From Phoronis australis (Eukaryota > Animalia > Phoronida): DNA of 64,000 nt. How positions within the stretch are numbered: the stretch's first letter is position 1; each line of letters begins with the position of its first letter. The notes under the pieces are model-generated. The model was not told the DNA's origin, ran no database searches, and saw only the letters and a program-made list of their open reading frames with translations. This document shows positions 37,501 to 52,500 of this stretch, piece after piece. Location of the stretch: NCBI GenBank assembly GCA_002633005.1, contig NMRA01000024.1, positions 1,331,903 to 1,395,902 on the forward strand. The letters run 5' to 3'. The position numbers and the translations under genes were made by a program.

Positions 37501-40500
37501 TCCAGCAGTGAATACGCACTACTAGAAACTTCGCACAACCCACCGGTCAGCAATTGCACTCCTCTCTCCCAGCAAAGTCTCAATAAGTCAAAATTATTCC
37601 CAGTGAATACTAAATTAGCCCATTCCCTTATCCTTCTTCCACTGAAGACCCACTCAGCCAGTCTCCCTTACCACCTCTTTCACAAGACTCACTTAAATAG
37701 TCAGACTTCCTTCTCCTATCTTCCACTGAAGTCCCACTTAGCCACTCTCCCTAGACTCTCACTTCCCCTCTCTTCTAGTAAAGACCCACTCAGCCAGTCT
37801 CCCTTCCCGCCTATTTCATTGAAGATCCACTTGGCTAGTTTCCCTTCCCCCTGTTCTAGCCCGCCAGTCTACCATTCCTCTGTTCCAACAAAGACTGTTA
37901 GTCAGCAATAACCCCATCTTCCAGTGAAGACCCACTTAAGTCATCACTCCTTCCCAGAGTTCCAGTGAATCAGTCAGCACACCCACCCTTCACTACGAAT
38001 GAAAACTCTGACACTTAGCATATCTTCTCTTCAGGTCTAACTCGGCCATCATAACCTCCCATGCTCATCTTCTAGTGAAGACTCACTTAGCCAACATTGC
38101 TAATCCTATCTCAATACTGAGAAGCCAACATTCGAGAATAAAAGAGCAGGATATCTGCATCTAGGCCATATATACTGCAAGGGCCAGTACACCATGACAA
38201 TGCTTTTGTTATACACGCCTCCAATGAAGACCCTTACTTAGCCATCCTTCCCTCTCCTCTCTCTATATAGACACTCATTTACCCAGAATTCCCTCCCCTT
38301 TATCTAAGTGAAGATTCATTTAGTCAGCACTCCCGTGCAAATCCCAAGTGAAGGATCCACTTAGCCATCAGTCCCTCACCTCTCTCCAAAAATCACTTAA
38401 TTATTTACTCAGCACCTCTCCCTCTTCCTCTCCAAGTGAAGACTCACCTAGCCAGCATACCATCTCCTCTCTCCATAAAGACTTAATTGTATACCCAGCA
38501 TCCCCCTCTTTCCAAGTGAAGACTCACCTAGCCAGCATACCATCTCCTCTCTCCATAAAGACTTAATTGTATACCCATCATCCCCCTCTTTCCAAGTGGA
38601 CTCACCTAGCCAGCATACCTTCTCCTCTCTCCATAAAGACTTAATTGTATACCCAGCATCCCCCTCTTTCCAAGTGGACTCACCTAGCCAGCATACCCTC
38701 TCCTCTCTCCTTCTCTCTCAGCGCCCTGATGATGCGCTTGTCCTGTAAGCCCAGCGACCCAAATGTACGGATGACCATGAGTCGAACGTACTCACTGGAG
38801 TCGAGTTCCAGCATCTCAATCAGTAAGCGGATGATCTTATCGCTCTTCACTCCCAGAGTTCCCTGAAATAATATTTGCGGAGATGTCAAGCTTACAGGGT
38901 ACTAAGCAGGAAAACAGGCACTCTTCCAAAGCATGCTCAGGAAATTGCCAACTTTTATAACGATTATGTTTATTTAAAGCCGCAATCAACCATGTTCTGT
39001 GTTAAAATGTTTGCTGTCAGGATTATTTGTCATTCCACAGCACTGTCAGTCTTATCCTTGGCTTGAACTGATACGACCATACAAGAAATAGCCAAGAATA
39101 ACCCAGAAAGCCATACTGCATTTGGTGACCAGTAAGTGCCACGACAAGTAACTTACAGGGCCAGGGGTGAAGCAATAACAGTCAATCACTTTTTCTAGGG
39201 ACTATAAATCATTTTTGATTTAAGAAAAGAACGAGATCAACTTTTTAACTATTAAATAAGTGGATTTTTGACAATGAGAATTAAGGTACCTTGAAATATG
39301 TGTTTGGAATATAACATTCAACATGCAAAACCATACAAGCCTTGATGGCTAAAGAAATATAATGCCATAAGCCTACAATTGTGGTCCAGCAAACAAAAGA
39401 GTAGCGAAGAAACTCAACAATGAAGCATTCAGGTGACTTCTATTAAAATGCAAATTCACCTTGTGAATGCCAAAAGCAATCACGTAAGTTTATGCAAACA
39501 ACATTTCCAGCCTCTATCAATAACATCCCCCAGCAAGTGTTCAAATAGGCTTAAATGAGATAACCATTATGATAGTACAATAACTATCTTCTTCGTTGTC
39601 ACAGTAAAACAGTCAACTGCTCAACCACCATTTCAACCTTTCTGCATTTAACCTGACAATAAAGCTAAAGTCTGTGGCACTAGAACCTCATCTGAAATTG
39701 CAAGCCTCTTATTTTCTCCTCGGGCAATTGAACTCACTGTTATACATTACTTTACTGCAGACATTGAGTTAGCGTTAAAGATAATAATGTTTGCAAAACA
39801 TGCATGCTCATGTTAAAGTCTCATACACCAACATCTTTTCATAAAGTGGAATCTTGCTTTTAATACGTTAAGCTAGTGTTCCAAATTACACATGCTAAAA
39901 CCATGGACCAAATGGCATTCATTGAATTCCTCGAGTCCAATAGTTGGAAACAAAGAAATATTTATGAGCAAATTTATACAAAAGTGTTTTGACGTAGAAC
40001 AACTACAATAGTTGGATGAAATATCATCTCTCGAGAAATTAGATTCCAATAAACTATTTAAAAACAGACTCATTCCAGAAGAATATGCCAGATGTCTCCA
40101 AACAAAATATTTATTTTCAGCTCTTGCACGCTTAAGTGTTCAAATTACTGAAAATGGAAAACGGGCAGACACTTAGGTATGTAGCAACAGATCAACCTTT
40201 GGGCTCTGTATAGTTACACAACACAGGATGAAACACGCGTTTTAATAGTGTTCAGCAGAAAGTGAAGGCCTCAAGAGAAATATTTGTCGTAATATTAAAA
40301 ACTTCAGTGTCAACCTGCACTTATTTGATGAACACCTGCAACTTTTGGAGCTTAGATGGTTTCATTCACCAGCTTTTTACTATAAATAATTATTTTAATT
40401 CCTTGTATTATGTCACATCACATGCACAGACCGACAATTCTCGAAAATTCTCACTGGACAAAAGTCACGTTGTCTGGGACCTATTCTCACAGTCCTTTCA

Positions 40501-43500
40501 CGCGTCAATCATTTTGGGCTTGGAGGGGGTACGTAATCCACGAAGTGCCTTACAATTTTGCAAAGGGTTGTAAATCATGAGTGTCTTTCACATGCAACAG
40601 ACCTCTTGAAATTAACATACAAGGTCATTGAAAGCAATTCTTTCTGAGCCCTGCTCTTAGACATTACCATACTGTCCCAAATAGACTTTGTACATAAACA
40701 AAACTTAACAAAGGGTTAAAGTCTTGGCTGAGAAGGTAACCATTTTATTACCCGATGTACATTCTGAAAAGCTGAGCCCAGAATGATTACGCCCTTGTAT
40801 TTGCCACATTGTGTCTAGTATGGGACATAAGCCGAATTACTGACATAAACTTAAATAAATTCACAGCCACTAACTAATAATTTACTTGAGTAAACATTAA
40901 AAGCTCTTTTAATTTGACAAATATGAAAACTCATCTGGAGCTGGCAAATGTGGCAGTTTCTTTGATTTCGCAAACGACTGTACTCAATGGAAAGAGCAAC
41001 ATGTTAAGCATGGAATTCTTCTCTGGGTTTGGTTGGCTCAGGGTACAAACTGCATAACCTAAATGCCCAACTGTACTGAAACATTGCTTCTACCTATATC
41101 TTAATAGTTTCCCACTGGATGTATACGAATTTATTGCAAACAAACTTAGATTATGTTTTTGAAGCATCAATACTGGTGCAGAAATAACAAAGTTGCAATT
41201 TGTGTTCACTTTAAATCTGAGTCCTCCTGCGCACTCTCCACAACAATATGGCTAGCGAACAATGAACCTGAATCTACTAACAACATAATTGATATGGTCT
41301 GAGCTGAATCCAGGCATAGCCTTATGTCTGGTGGAGATACACGTTTCACGCCCACTTTGAGTTTCAATATTTCACCTCATGACATAGACGTGTTTTTTAC
41401 ACATTTCATACGTGAATTTTGTTTCATGATTACTAATAAAAGCTCTTGTACTTCGCCAATGGACTTGAACAAAAATTGCTGTCGTCAAGAAGCCTCTTTA
41501 TAAGAACTGCTGATTCAATATCCCTTTGTATGTAAAAGAATAAGTGTCACAGAAACGATGACTTCAGGGCAAAAAAAAAACGCTGGCTTAAATAAATTGA
41601 TATTTCATGACTAAAATTAGGATCATTTTTCACTCAAAAAATCAGATAAAAATTTTCCACAATAGATGTGTTAATCATGCTTTGTATCTACCGATAAATT
41701 GCAAAAATTACTAAAAATTTTCGGCTTCTCAGACTAGGGATAATCTCATCACAAGCAGACAGCCAATTATTGTTGACTATGAGCAATCTCTGTTGTATTC
41801 CTTAATCCCCAAACAAAAGTAAGTTCTTCTTCAAAGCTGTGGCACTATGCTAACTGGCTATTATGATTCTGACCAATCAGAGCCATTCACACTTGACAGT
41901 AAGGAAATGTACTAGGATGACCTTTTCAGCTTATGGGAACATTTGAGTGCAGATTACAAATAAGGGTTGAATGACTGGACATTTCCAATGGCCACTGGGC
42001 TTTATGTTGCAAGGAATTAGTAAGCCATATGGAAGTGATTAGGATTAATCCTAGGTTAAGTATAGGACAATATCCCCATGTCTGTGTGTTCAGTTAAAAG
42101 TCTATTAAACAAAAGAATTGAAATTATTGGAGAGCAGTGCATAAGACATAGCACCTGAAAGTTTAAGGTGACTTCAATCAGTCATTTCTGAGATATTATA
42201 CTACAAAGTTACCCAAATATGGACATTTTTCTAGGTTCCTACATAATCATAATTCAAGAGGAGGCCGTGTGGGCTAGTGGGATAATTGTACGTTTCCTTT
42301 ACTCAAGGAAGTGAGGCAAACTGCTAGATCCTTTAGTCAGGTCTCTACGTCCTTAAGTCGAATTTAACAATAAAGCATAAAATGGTACCAGGTGATCAGT
42401 GCAATGGGTCCATCTGAGCGGCCTGCGGACGTCTGCTACAACGTGTACCAGACTACCTGCAATTCATAATTAAGATATGATATACAAGGGATGTCCACCT
42501 ACACAAAGTCATATAACGAACGTTCATGCTCACGCGTAGACGCTTGAATGACCTATAGGGACTCCTACAGTATATAGCGTGCAAATCACAACTCATCACT
42601 CAACAATCTCACAGACTACTTACCAGAGAAATAACAGCATGAGCTCGGCTGTCTTCATTCTGGTCGTCAAGACGCCTACAAGAAAATGAAACCTACTCGG
42701 TGAATCTGAAGTGTCACTGTCACTCGTAGTCAAACAGATGGCATGTTTTTCTGTGAAGTCATTTTGAAAATAGTATATAGTAGCTAGAAAAACTAATTAG
42801 GACTTTATTTACTTCAAGAACTGTCTCACTTGTTGATGCAGATTAAAGCCTATCTTCAACGGTAACACCTGAAAATTTGGTTCCTACAGTATGTTAAGAG
42901 CATCCCTCTGAGTTCACTAGTGCTATAAATTGTCAAACGTAACAAACTGTTAGGCGTATTAGCTTGCTTTTGTCTACATCACCGCGAGAATCACCTTTTA
43001 AGCTGCAAATAACACCCCCACAAAATGGTGCTCTATTCAGACCCCCATTCAATACAACCTTTTGTTGTTTGTGCTGGGATCTCACGGTGACGCAACATGG
43101 CACGAAAAGGCAGCTTCACTTTTCATTTGATAGGCTTACATTTGCGTGATTGAACTCACGTTTTCTTATTTTGCTAGGACTATCTGGTTAGCCAAATACA
43201 TCTAAAATAACAAAATTCCGTTGAAGTTAGGCTTTAAGTTGCAGCATACTGCTGGACTTAAAATAAAAAATCCCATCTCTCCAAGATACATAATATCCAA
43301 AAATCAGGTAGTATTTTCTAGGATTATATTTTGAATAAATTTTGATCCAAGAAATCTAGAAAAGCAACTACACCTCATTTCCACAAAAGTCTAGACAGAG
43401 GTTTTCTGTACAGCCTCGCTTGTTTTCAATCAAACCACAGACTAATAGCAAAGTCACGCAGCCAGACAAGGTTATTTCAAAGACGTCAAGATTATGAAAA

Positions 43501-46500
43501 ACCTTATTGACAAGTTTGCGCTGTCATATAGCCAAATATCTACAAAACTAAAGATTTCAACTCCGAATAGTAAAAAAATTAAAAGTAGTAAGAAAAATTA
43601 CTATTTTTTAAATTTGAACTTTCACCAATGAATACAATATAATTTAGGTCATGTGACCATGTCTATTTGGTAAAATTCAGCAAAAAAGAAAGGTCCGTTG
43701 ACATAAAAAAACAGTAGGCCTATCCATAACATGATCAAATTTTATTTGATATAAATGTTCAATGTGAGATCTCAAAAACATTGTAACTTGCAGTTTTCTA
43801 AACTATCATTTTGTTTCTTGTTTATGCAATTTTAACTTTTTTTATGATAGTCACAAAAGTGCTATAGCTCCTAATTAAAAGTAGTAAGAAAAATGACTAT
43901 TTTTTAAATTTGAACTTTCACCAATGAATACAATATAATTTAGGTCATGTGACCATGTCTATTTGGTAAAATTCAGCAAAAAAGAAAGGTCCGTTGACAT
44001 CAAAAAACAGTAGGCCTATCCATAACATGATCAAATTTTATTTGATATAAATGTTCAATGTGAGATCTCAAAAACACTGTAACTTGCAGTTTTCTAAACT
44101 ATCATTTTGTTTCTTGTTTATGATATTTTAACTTTTTTTATGATAGTCATAAAAGTGCTATAGCTCCTAATGCAATAGTGGAACATTTTAAACATTATTC
44201 CGAATAGCATGTTGGAGAACAATACGTAAAGCATAGTATCTTAAAGTTTCAAATAAATCCAATCAGCCATTTTTGAGACACGAAGTTCCAACATTTGCCA
44301 ACTTAAAGTTATTCTCACGTGAATCAGTGTATGTATTTTCTGTGCGAATATCTTGAGTCAGAGTATCCCAGTTCCCACATTTAAAGTGAGATTCCATGAT
44401 GCATAAATACCAGGCTCACAACTAACGTGACTATTGTGTTAGGACATGAAACTATTGCAATGGCAGGTCTTAGATTTGTTTTCATTGCAACTGTTACAAT
44501 TAATTCAGTCCTTGAAATGAGGCAAGGTAACTTTTAAATTAATTTCTAGTACTTAAAAAGATATGCTATATGGTATTTTGTTTCATTAATTAATCACCCT
44601 AAAACCTGGGTTTTGTTTTAGTTTTGAGTTGCAGATTTTGGCTTCCAAAATCCCGCACAATCTTGCTTTAACAAATCTTAATAAGCCTTCCATGCAGCAA
44701 AGAATACTTATTGTAAATGGCCGCATGTCATGTAATTACATACAGCAGGTGAAAACTGCAACAAAAATATTAAGACTCACTTGACAACTTGTTCACAAGC
44801 TTTGTGGAAGAGATTCAAAGAATGTATTGTCTGTGCCACTTCAATGCGAACTTCCTGAAAATAATAAGAAGACAATAGTGCAAATAGTTAATATTGACAG
44901 TAATTCTAGTGCCCTAACAGTTAATTGCAAAGTCTAGTACTCTAATCACTAGAGCAAACACAGTTATCTTGTTCTATTGATCTTGTAAAGATGTGAGAAC
45001 AGTCTACTTCCTTACTAAACAATTAAAGTGTTCATGGAAAACAATAGCTTCATGATGAGATTTTCTTCAGATACAGTCTGTTAACCAAGAGCCTTCTGAA
45101 AGTCCAGACTGCCTATTGAAACTGCCAATCGCATCATATGTGGAGATTCCTGAATTAATGAAGTGGAACGTGATCAGCAGTCAACAAGTTCAGTGAATAA
45201 TTCACCAATATTTAAAAATTGAGTGTTACTCTTTCTTGCTGCAAAACAACGTGATAGTTATTGAAATTTTAGGTTTAAAGATTTAGTAAATGAAGCCTGA
45301 GTTGTGAAGTGATTCCAATAGGAATGTGTTCGAAAGGTGTAGCAGAAGAATTTTACCAACAGAAGCATTTTCCTGTAAAGTCGCGTGATTTTCGGATGGC
45401 CCGCCATTTTCGACCAAGAATAGATATTTCCGAAATGAGTTTTTCATAGTCCACGAAATTCGTACAAGGTCAAAAAATGTTTTTCAACGATCCTCAAATT
45501 TCGGACAATGTCATAAACGTCGGATTTTTGTCCCGCGACTTTCGGACAAGGAAAATTTTTAGAAACGGTAATTTGGGATCGACGCAACTCCCCTGTCACT
45601 AAGGCGTTCAACAGATGATTACTACTATATACGGCTTCAGTCCGAGAATCGGTATAACGGGTTTGTAATTTTTACCTTGTCCTGACGATGTAGTCACGAC
45701 CGTTACTCGATTGCCTTGCGTTTAGCTTGTGTTTGGCGCTTTAGCTATGAAAAGAATCACCGAGTTCCGCATGACGAAAAATTTCTGATGAAAATACAAA
45801 TAGGAAATACACCGAAGGCTGCAACTTTTCGTTGTAGCGTAACATGTGCTCTGGTTTAATTAGGCCGTGCTGTTCGACTTCCGACTGTGACATTGAACTT
45901 GCACGCCTGACATCAACTTGCGTGTTTACGAAACGTTTTTATTTTTAAAACGTCCTGGCCTTCAGTAGCTGTCTTGGGAAATGCAAGAATCTAGCCAAAA
46001 TCACGCTTTCAATTAAAAAACACAAAACATCACTTCTTTTCATGAATTCTTGCTTTTTATCGAAGTTCTAGCGTTACGAGCTTTACCCCAGTTGTAAACC
46101 TAAAAAAGATTTAACCCAATTTTGCTTGCTCATCCACTGGTCTGTGTACTTGTGGTCTTGTTAATTCACACCCTGTACCGTCTGAGGTACAACACCTGGA
46201 ACTCCATGGTGTCCCGAGATTAAGTTGAATCCCGACAAGGACACCGGGACCCTGTGGTACTCTCTGTCTGCGGCGACTAAGAAAATCCTCCACCAATCAT
46301 TTCTAAAAATGACAAGTCAGTTGAATCAGATTTGGTAGTCGTTGCTTCGTGTGGTCCTAGGGGTAGGCTAACAAGAATACAGGACCTGGAGTCCGATGCA
46401 ACGGGCTTGGAACCTGATAGGTGTTTCCGACCCGGAGTTCCATATCTACTTTCCACAGGACCTTGTCTTCTTGTCCATGTTACCGCCTTTAGTTGATAGT

Positions 46501-49500
46501 TTTGAGACAAAAAAGAAACGTGATCTTAAACTACAGACCATGTTTTTTGTATTACTTAATGTAGTTTTAGAGGCATTTCAGCTGTAAGTGTGTTTAATTG
46601 TGTTGACTGTTACATTGCTAATTATTATTGTTCTATTTTTACCCGAGGTGATGCCTTACTTGCAGCAAGGGTAAATAATTTTGAGAAGTATTACCAGCGA
46701 TTTCCGTATATAAGTTGGGGAAACCAAACGTCTTATGTAAAAATACACCAGGGCCTATACTCAGCAATGCCGAATACACGAACACAGTATAAATACTGTA
46801 GCTCACCCTAATTATATCCTAGTGGGAATAGCATTATTTTTAGATTTCAAGCATGCATTTTTATTCTCAGATATGCATCCCAGGTATATTTTAGGGAAAA
46901 ATTTAAGATACGCAAATTGGCCATATATTCTCCTGGACTTATATACGGAAATCTACGGTGGATCTTCTTAAACCTGTCAACCATGAAAATTTCATTGAGA
47001 CAGTTTTGTTCTACTAACATGTTCAACTAACATTCCGTTCATGCAAGTCGGTCAGTACGTTCGCATTTAAGGCGTTATTGCAACAGGTAAGTGTTGTTTT
47101 GATTTTTGTTTGGTGTTTCCATATTTTATTTTGTTATGTATTCCTGTCTTCAGATAGTCACTGTTATTCTTCAACAACATTTCTGTACTTATAATGAGAC
47201 TTCAGTAAACTCGCGACTGTTCATACTTTAAATGTTAGCAGAAGTGTGTAATGTCCATCAGCAGAGACCTGTGGGAAGAACTATTTTCCGTAACTGTAGC
47301 AAATATATGACGAAATGAAATGAAAACGGTCGACATAGATGAATTGTAATTGGTTAAATATACATTAAGAAAGAAAATTAAGTATATAAATAGTAGAATG
47401 GTACTTGAATTGCCTGGTTTACGTCCTTCATGAGTTCACCTGTCCCAAATTGAGTGCTTTCGTTTTTCTTTTCAGGTCGTCACTAGTCGATTCTTCTAAC
47501 AGTCGTGATCTGCCCAGTATCCTATTGTATCAACGTGCGCAACAACGGTCTTGGCAGGGGGTTGCACCTAGTAGACTCCCTTAGAATTAGTGGCGCAAAA
47601 TCGACATTGGTGTGCAACAGGAGGCCGAGGGGGGGGGGGGCGGCATAAATTAGTAGTGACTGACGGAGACTGAGCTGCGCGAAATTGGTGACGACCGTGG
47701 ACGGCGCTAAACTGGTGACGACCAGAAGAAACGGCCCTGTTATCTTCCACGCAGATTACCAGAAAATGTTAACGATTATCAGTTTCATTTCATCCACAAA
47801 AAGATTTCACAAGTCAGAGTTTTCACTGTGGTTAAAAACGTAAGCGAACCCAGATGTGTTAGGTCACCTCAGTTGCATGAAGACGCGCCAGTGTATCACT
47901 GAGTTAACATCGGGCGTTTCAAAGGCTGTGGATGAGAAAGGTTTTAATTGTAAAAAAAAAAAGGTTGGGTGAATTTGATGTTGGTAGCATTTGAAATTGC
48001 ATTTGCTTTCTAGACAACGCCCTTATATATACAATATGTTAGTTAATCGTGTCTTCAGCCGCGCAGCACTGTACTAGTCGACGCATTCCCATCGTTTGCC
48101 GCAGTAGGCCTAAACATGTAGAACGACAGCGCTTCTTCAACAATTCAGACGACTACCAGGACGACAAATGGGGATCACAAGTCGATGAGAAACTACTCGT
48201 TTTATTATCATGATTGTCTTTGTTATCTATTTTGGGTAATTGTTCAATCGAAGTTTTCATGTTGAAACTGAGCTTTCAGTTAATATGGAAATAAATGTGT
48301 CAGAGTTAACTTGCGTTTCGGTTTGTAACCAGCAGACAATGCATGGATACGTTTAACAAACATAAATATATGCTATGTTCTTGTCATTGTTCGTCACTTT
48401 CTTCATTGAACTCGTTCCCACATCCATTACTGTTACGTTTAATGCAAAATTCGTTAAAATTGAGAAAGCGCATGTTTTGATGGTCGGGAACCCTCTTTGT
48501 GCGCCGAATACGCAATTCCAGCATTTTATTGGGAAACCATGCGTTCACAGCGCAAACTCGACATTTTTGTTATTGAGAAAACGCATTTTTACAAAAGAGA
48601 ATCGGTTGTCTGTAACGTTTCATGTGCGTCAACAACGCAAACCAGACCCACTCATTGAAAAGCCCATATTTGTCACCAGGAAGACTCTTCACAACGCAGC
48701 CCGATATTTCAAGTGAGATATCGCAGTTTTGAAAAGATTCCGTCACTTACCGAGAACGGTTTTTGAGCATCGGCAATGCAAGCCGAATATTTCATATTGA
48801 GAAAGCACATCTTTGAAAAGAAGAACCAACACTAGTTGGGAACGGTCTTTGTGCATCGACGGCGCACATTTCTTATTGGGAAAGGCAGATTTTCAAAAAT
48901 TAATTGCTCAGACCATTTGAGTCTCATTTACCTGCAATTGTACTGCTATCAAATGACTGAGCCAGCAATGTTGATACTACAACCGCTCATTGAAATAATG
49001 TACACCCACGAAATTCGGACACTAGCGGAAACCCAAATTTGGAGGTCCGCCAAATTCGGACACCACAAAATGATATTTCGCGAGATTCGTCCAAGAATGA
49101 ATTTTTTCTATTGGAATTAATTTTCAGTGTCCGAAAATCACGCGACTTTACCGTAGTACACATAAATGATGAGGATGTTTGTGTAGAACTAATAACTACT
49201 TACATGCATACAGGTTGCATCAAAATACTGTACTTCCTAATTGCCGCGTGCCAATAACTAATCACAGGTTGCATCAAAAGTACTCATTTTCAGTCATATG
49301 GAGCCAGCAATCAATTACATGCAAACATTTTTTCTTCAAAAATAGCTGTACTTTCCATTCATAAAGTGCCAGCAATTAATTACAAGTTGCATCAAAAGTA
49401 CTCATTTTTCAATCATGTATTTCCACCAACCAATTGCATTCAAAACTCCTTTCCAGTTGTGCAGGAAAGAGTCATAAGAACTTTACTTAGTCTGGCAATT

Positions 49501-52500
49501 ACTTTGGTCATGACACTTCCTCAGTCCCCAAAGGCACTTGCACGGGAGCAAGTTGATCTGGCACAACTAAAGAAGTTCGTGTCAAAGCCCATCTAAACAC
49601 AGCCTGCACTTACCTTATTAGGGTCATCCCAAAGTCTCTTCACCAGCAAGTCAAATACTTTCTCGGCATTTTTCTCTGTGCACACAAACCTTGGACCTGG
49701 AGAACAATTCATTAGGCATAGAAATACAATGAAATGGAAACCTATCTCAATAAACGCACTAATTGCTGCGCTTTCTTTGATTCTTACACATTCTTACAAT
49801 TCCATGGCCACTTCCAGCCTCATCCCCAAGCCTCAAGCTGGCGCTAATCGGCCATTTGAGGCTTGATTATGGAAAATGAAATGTGTCAGAATTCTGACAC
49901 AATTTTTACGGAAATCGCCGGAATATCGTGAGTAATATAAAGTTATATCACCTTTGGCGTTTTCTGCAATATAATATAAAAATGAAGACTAATGGTATAT
50001 TGCAGCAAATGAGGTTTAAATTCTTGCAAAAAAGTTGTATGTCGATTCGAAAACAGATTAATTTCTATGGTCATACTATTAATAAAAAGAATTGAGAATA
50101 AGTACGCCAACAACCTTTAATGCATAAAAATGATGCCTTCTGCTTCACGAACGGCAGCAACAATGCCAGTAAAAATAATTTTTAAAAATCTGCCTTCATT
50201 TTAATGACATCAAGGCAGTGGCCAATCATTGCACAGAAGGTATTTCTCATAACCAAGCCTCAAATGGCTAAATAGATCAGTCCCATCTTGAGGCTTGGCG
50301 ACGAAGCTGGAACACTTCATGCTGAAAGGTAGGATGCCTCCCTTATCATTCTGGGCTCCCCTATTCAGAGACAATAGGAGGTAATATAAAACCATTCCTA
50401 AAACTTTGTTCAGTTACACAGTCCAACTGAGAGAGTTGTATGACTAACAGCAGGGTTCGTAAAGAAAGCCTTTTGAAAATGTCAATGCACGTCAATTTCA
50501 AAAGGCCTGCTGTGTGTGAAAGACACCCATGAATTACAACCATCGGCAAATTTTTAAGCCACCATGCCGACTAGTTACCCCATCCAAGCCCAAAATGGTT
50601 CAACCAACTCAAGTTACAAATGAGTTCTGCCAAACTATTGGTTGGTGACACTCTGATTCTGTCATTTTTTTTTTAAATTGTTTGTTAAATTGTCAATTCA
50701 TAAAAATTCAAAATTCATTTTTGAAGCATCAAAGTTGGTCCAGAAAAAATAAGTTAAAATTAATGTTTACATTACTTTTTGTTAATACATTGAGGACCCA
50801 TATTCACTGGCAATTAGACAACACATGCTCCTTGCACCCACACATTCCCTGGCTATTAGTCAACACATGGCTTTTGCAATCATATTTACAAGCTATGAGA
50901 CAACACATAACCACTGCCATTATCTTTGTCCAGCTGTTTATTTTACTAAAAAGCCTGCCAATGACACAAGGTTGAGACATTTTGAAAGCCTAGATTTCTG
51001 CTAATAAATGTACAGTCTCAGTGGCTTAAATTTTGCATAAGCCAAATTAGCCATGATTACCGACACATCCCCAAGTATAAACAACTCCACAGTTTAAAAT
51101 TAGTTTTATTTTTAGGCCCTCAATTGCAGTCATTAGGAACAGGGTCCAGATTTACAGCTCCTTATACATGATTAGAGACATGAACATGGACTGAATGCTT
51201 CAGCTAAAAGCTCATATGGCATTATGAGGAATGCTGATCTAAGCCACTGATAAGCAGAGCAATTACTTCAACACCAATTCTTTGAAGCAAAGTATTAATG
51301 CATGGGAGATGATGCGCAAGATAGTAGAGAACGCCCACCCATTAACAATAGACCTGGGTTCTGTTTCATGAAATGTGAGAGGATGAGTGAGATGGAAATT
51401 TGGTCTGATGCCCCGAACTGCTAATTCTGAAAAATAATTAAATCTCATTTGAGCAGAAGTATAAAGTCTCTGTGTAGCGATTGTTAACTTACACCGGCAG
51501 ATACTGCTACCCTTTGTCATAACATGTGATCATTGTATATCATGANGCATAAGCCAAATTAGCCATGATTACCGACACATCCCCAAGTATAAACAACTCC
51601 ACAGTTTAGTTTTATTTTTAGGCCCTCAATTGCAGTCATTAGGAACAGGGTCCAGATTTACAGCTCCTTATACATGATTAGAGACATGAACATGGGCTGA
51701 ATGCTTCAGCTAAAAGCTCATATGGCATTATGAGGAATGCTGATCTAAGCCACTGATAAGCAGAGCAATTACTTCAACACCAATTCTTTGAAGCAAAGTA
51801 TTAATGCATGGGAGATGATGCGCAAGATAGCAGAGAACGCCCACCCATTAGCAATAGACCTGGGTTCTGTTTCATGAAATGTGAGAGGATGAGTGAGATG
51901 GAAATTTGGTCTGATGCCCCGAACTGCTAATTCTGAAAAATAATTAAATCTCATTTGAGCAGAAGTATAAAGTCTCTGTGTAGCGATTGTTAACTTACAC
52001 CGGCAGATACTGCTACCCTTTGTCATAACATGTGATCATTGTATATCATGAGGCATCTTGGGTAATAAAAGATCAGTTCTCTTTCCGCCATTGTTCTTTA
52101 CTTTTTCATGCAAAACTGCACACATTAATCGCGGGCCATTGTCAAAGTACACAACACTCTATATAGACATTGTCAAATAACTGCTGGTTACTGACAAGAC
52201 TGTGATGCGCTCATAACTGATTGGCTAATCCTTTATTCAGCAATTGTTAAATAGGAGCGAAAAACAAATTTATGAAGTCATATAATTTTTTTAAAACTTA
52301 AAAATCACTGTCATGAAACATACCCTAAATCGATATCCTTACTTGAAAATCTGCTCACTCTGTTTGGAGTTGAAATTAAACAGGAGATATTTCTGATGAG
52401 ACAAAATTCAATGACATCGGATTACTAGAAACTACTAACTGAAATATTCCATGATGGCACTTGTGTGTAACAGCAGAGGTTGACGGACATGTACTCCATC

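Noticed and set aside
37600-38712. CRISPR-like repeat/spacer appearance
   Set aside because: The intervening sequences are themselves repeated, there are no cas genes, and the context is a eukaryotic intron; it is a minisatellite.
49190-49445. A third donor-anchored array
   Set aside because: It starts about 170 bp from the 49613 donor and its unit does not match the exon junction.
51263-52026. Two near-identical 85-aa ORFs
   Set aside because: They are by-products of the intronic tandem duplication and show no recognisable protein features.
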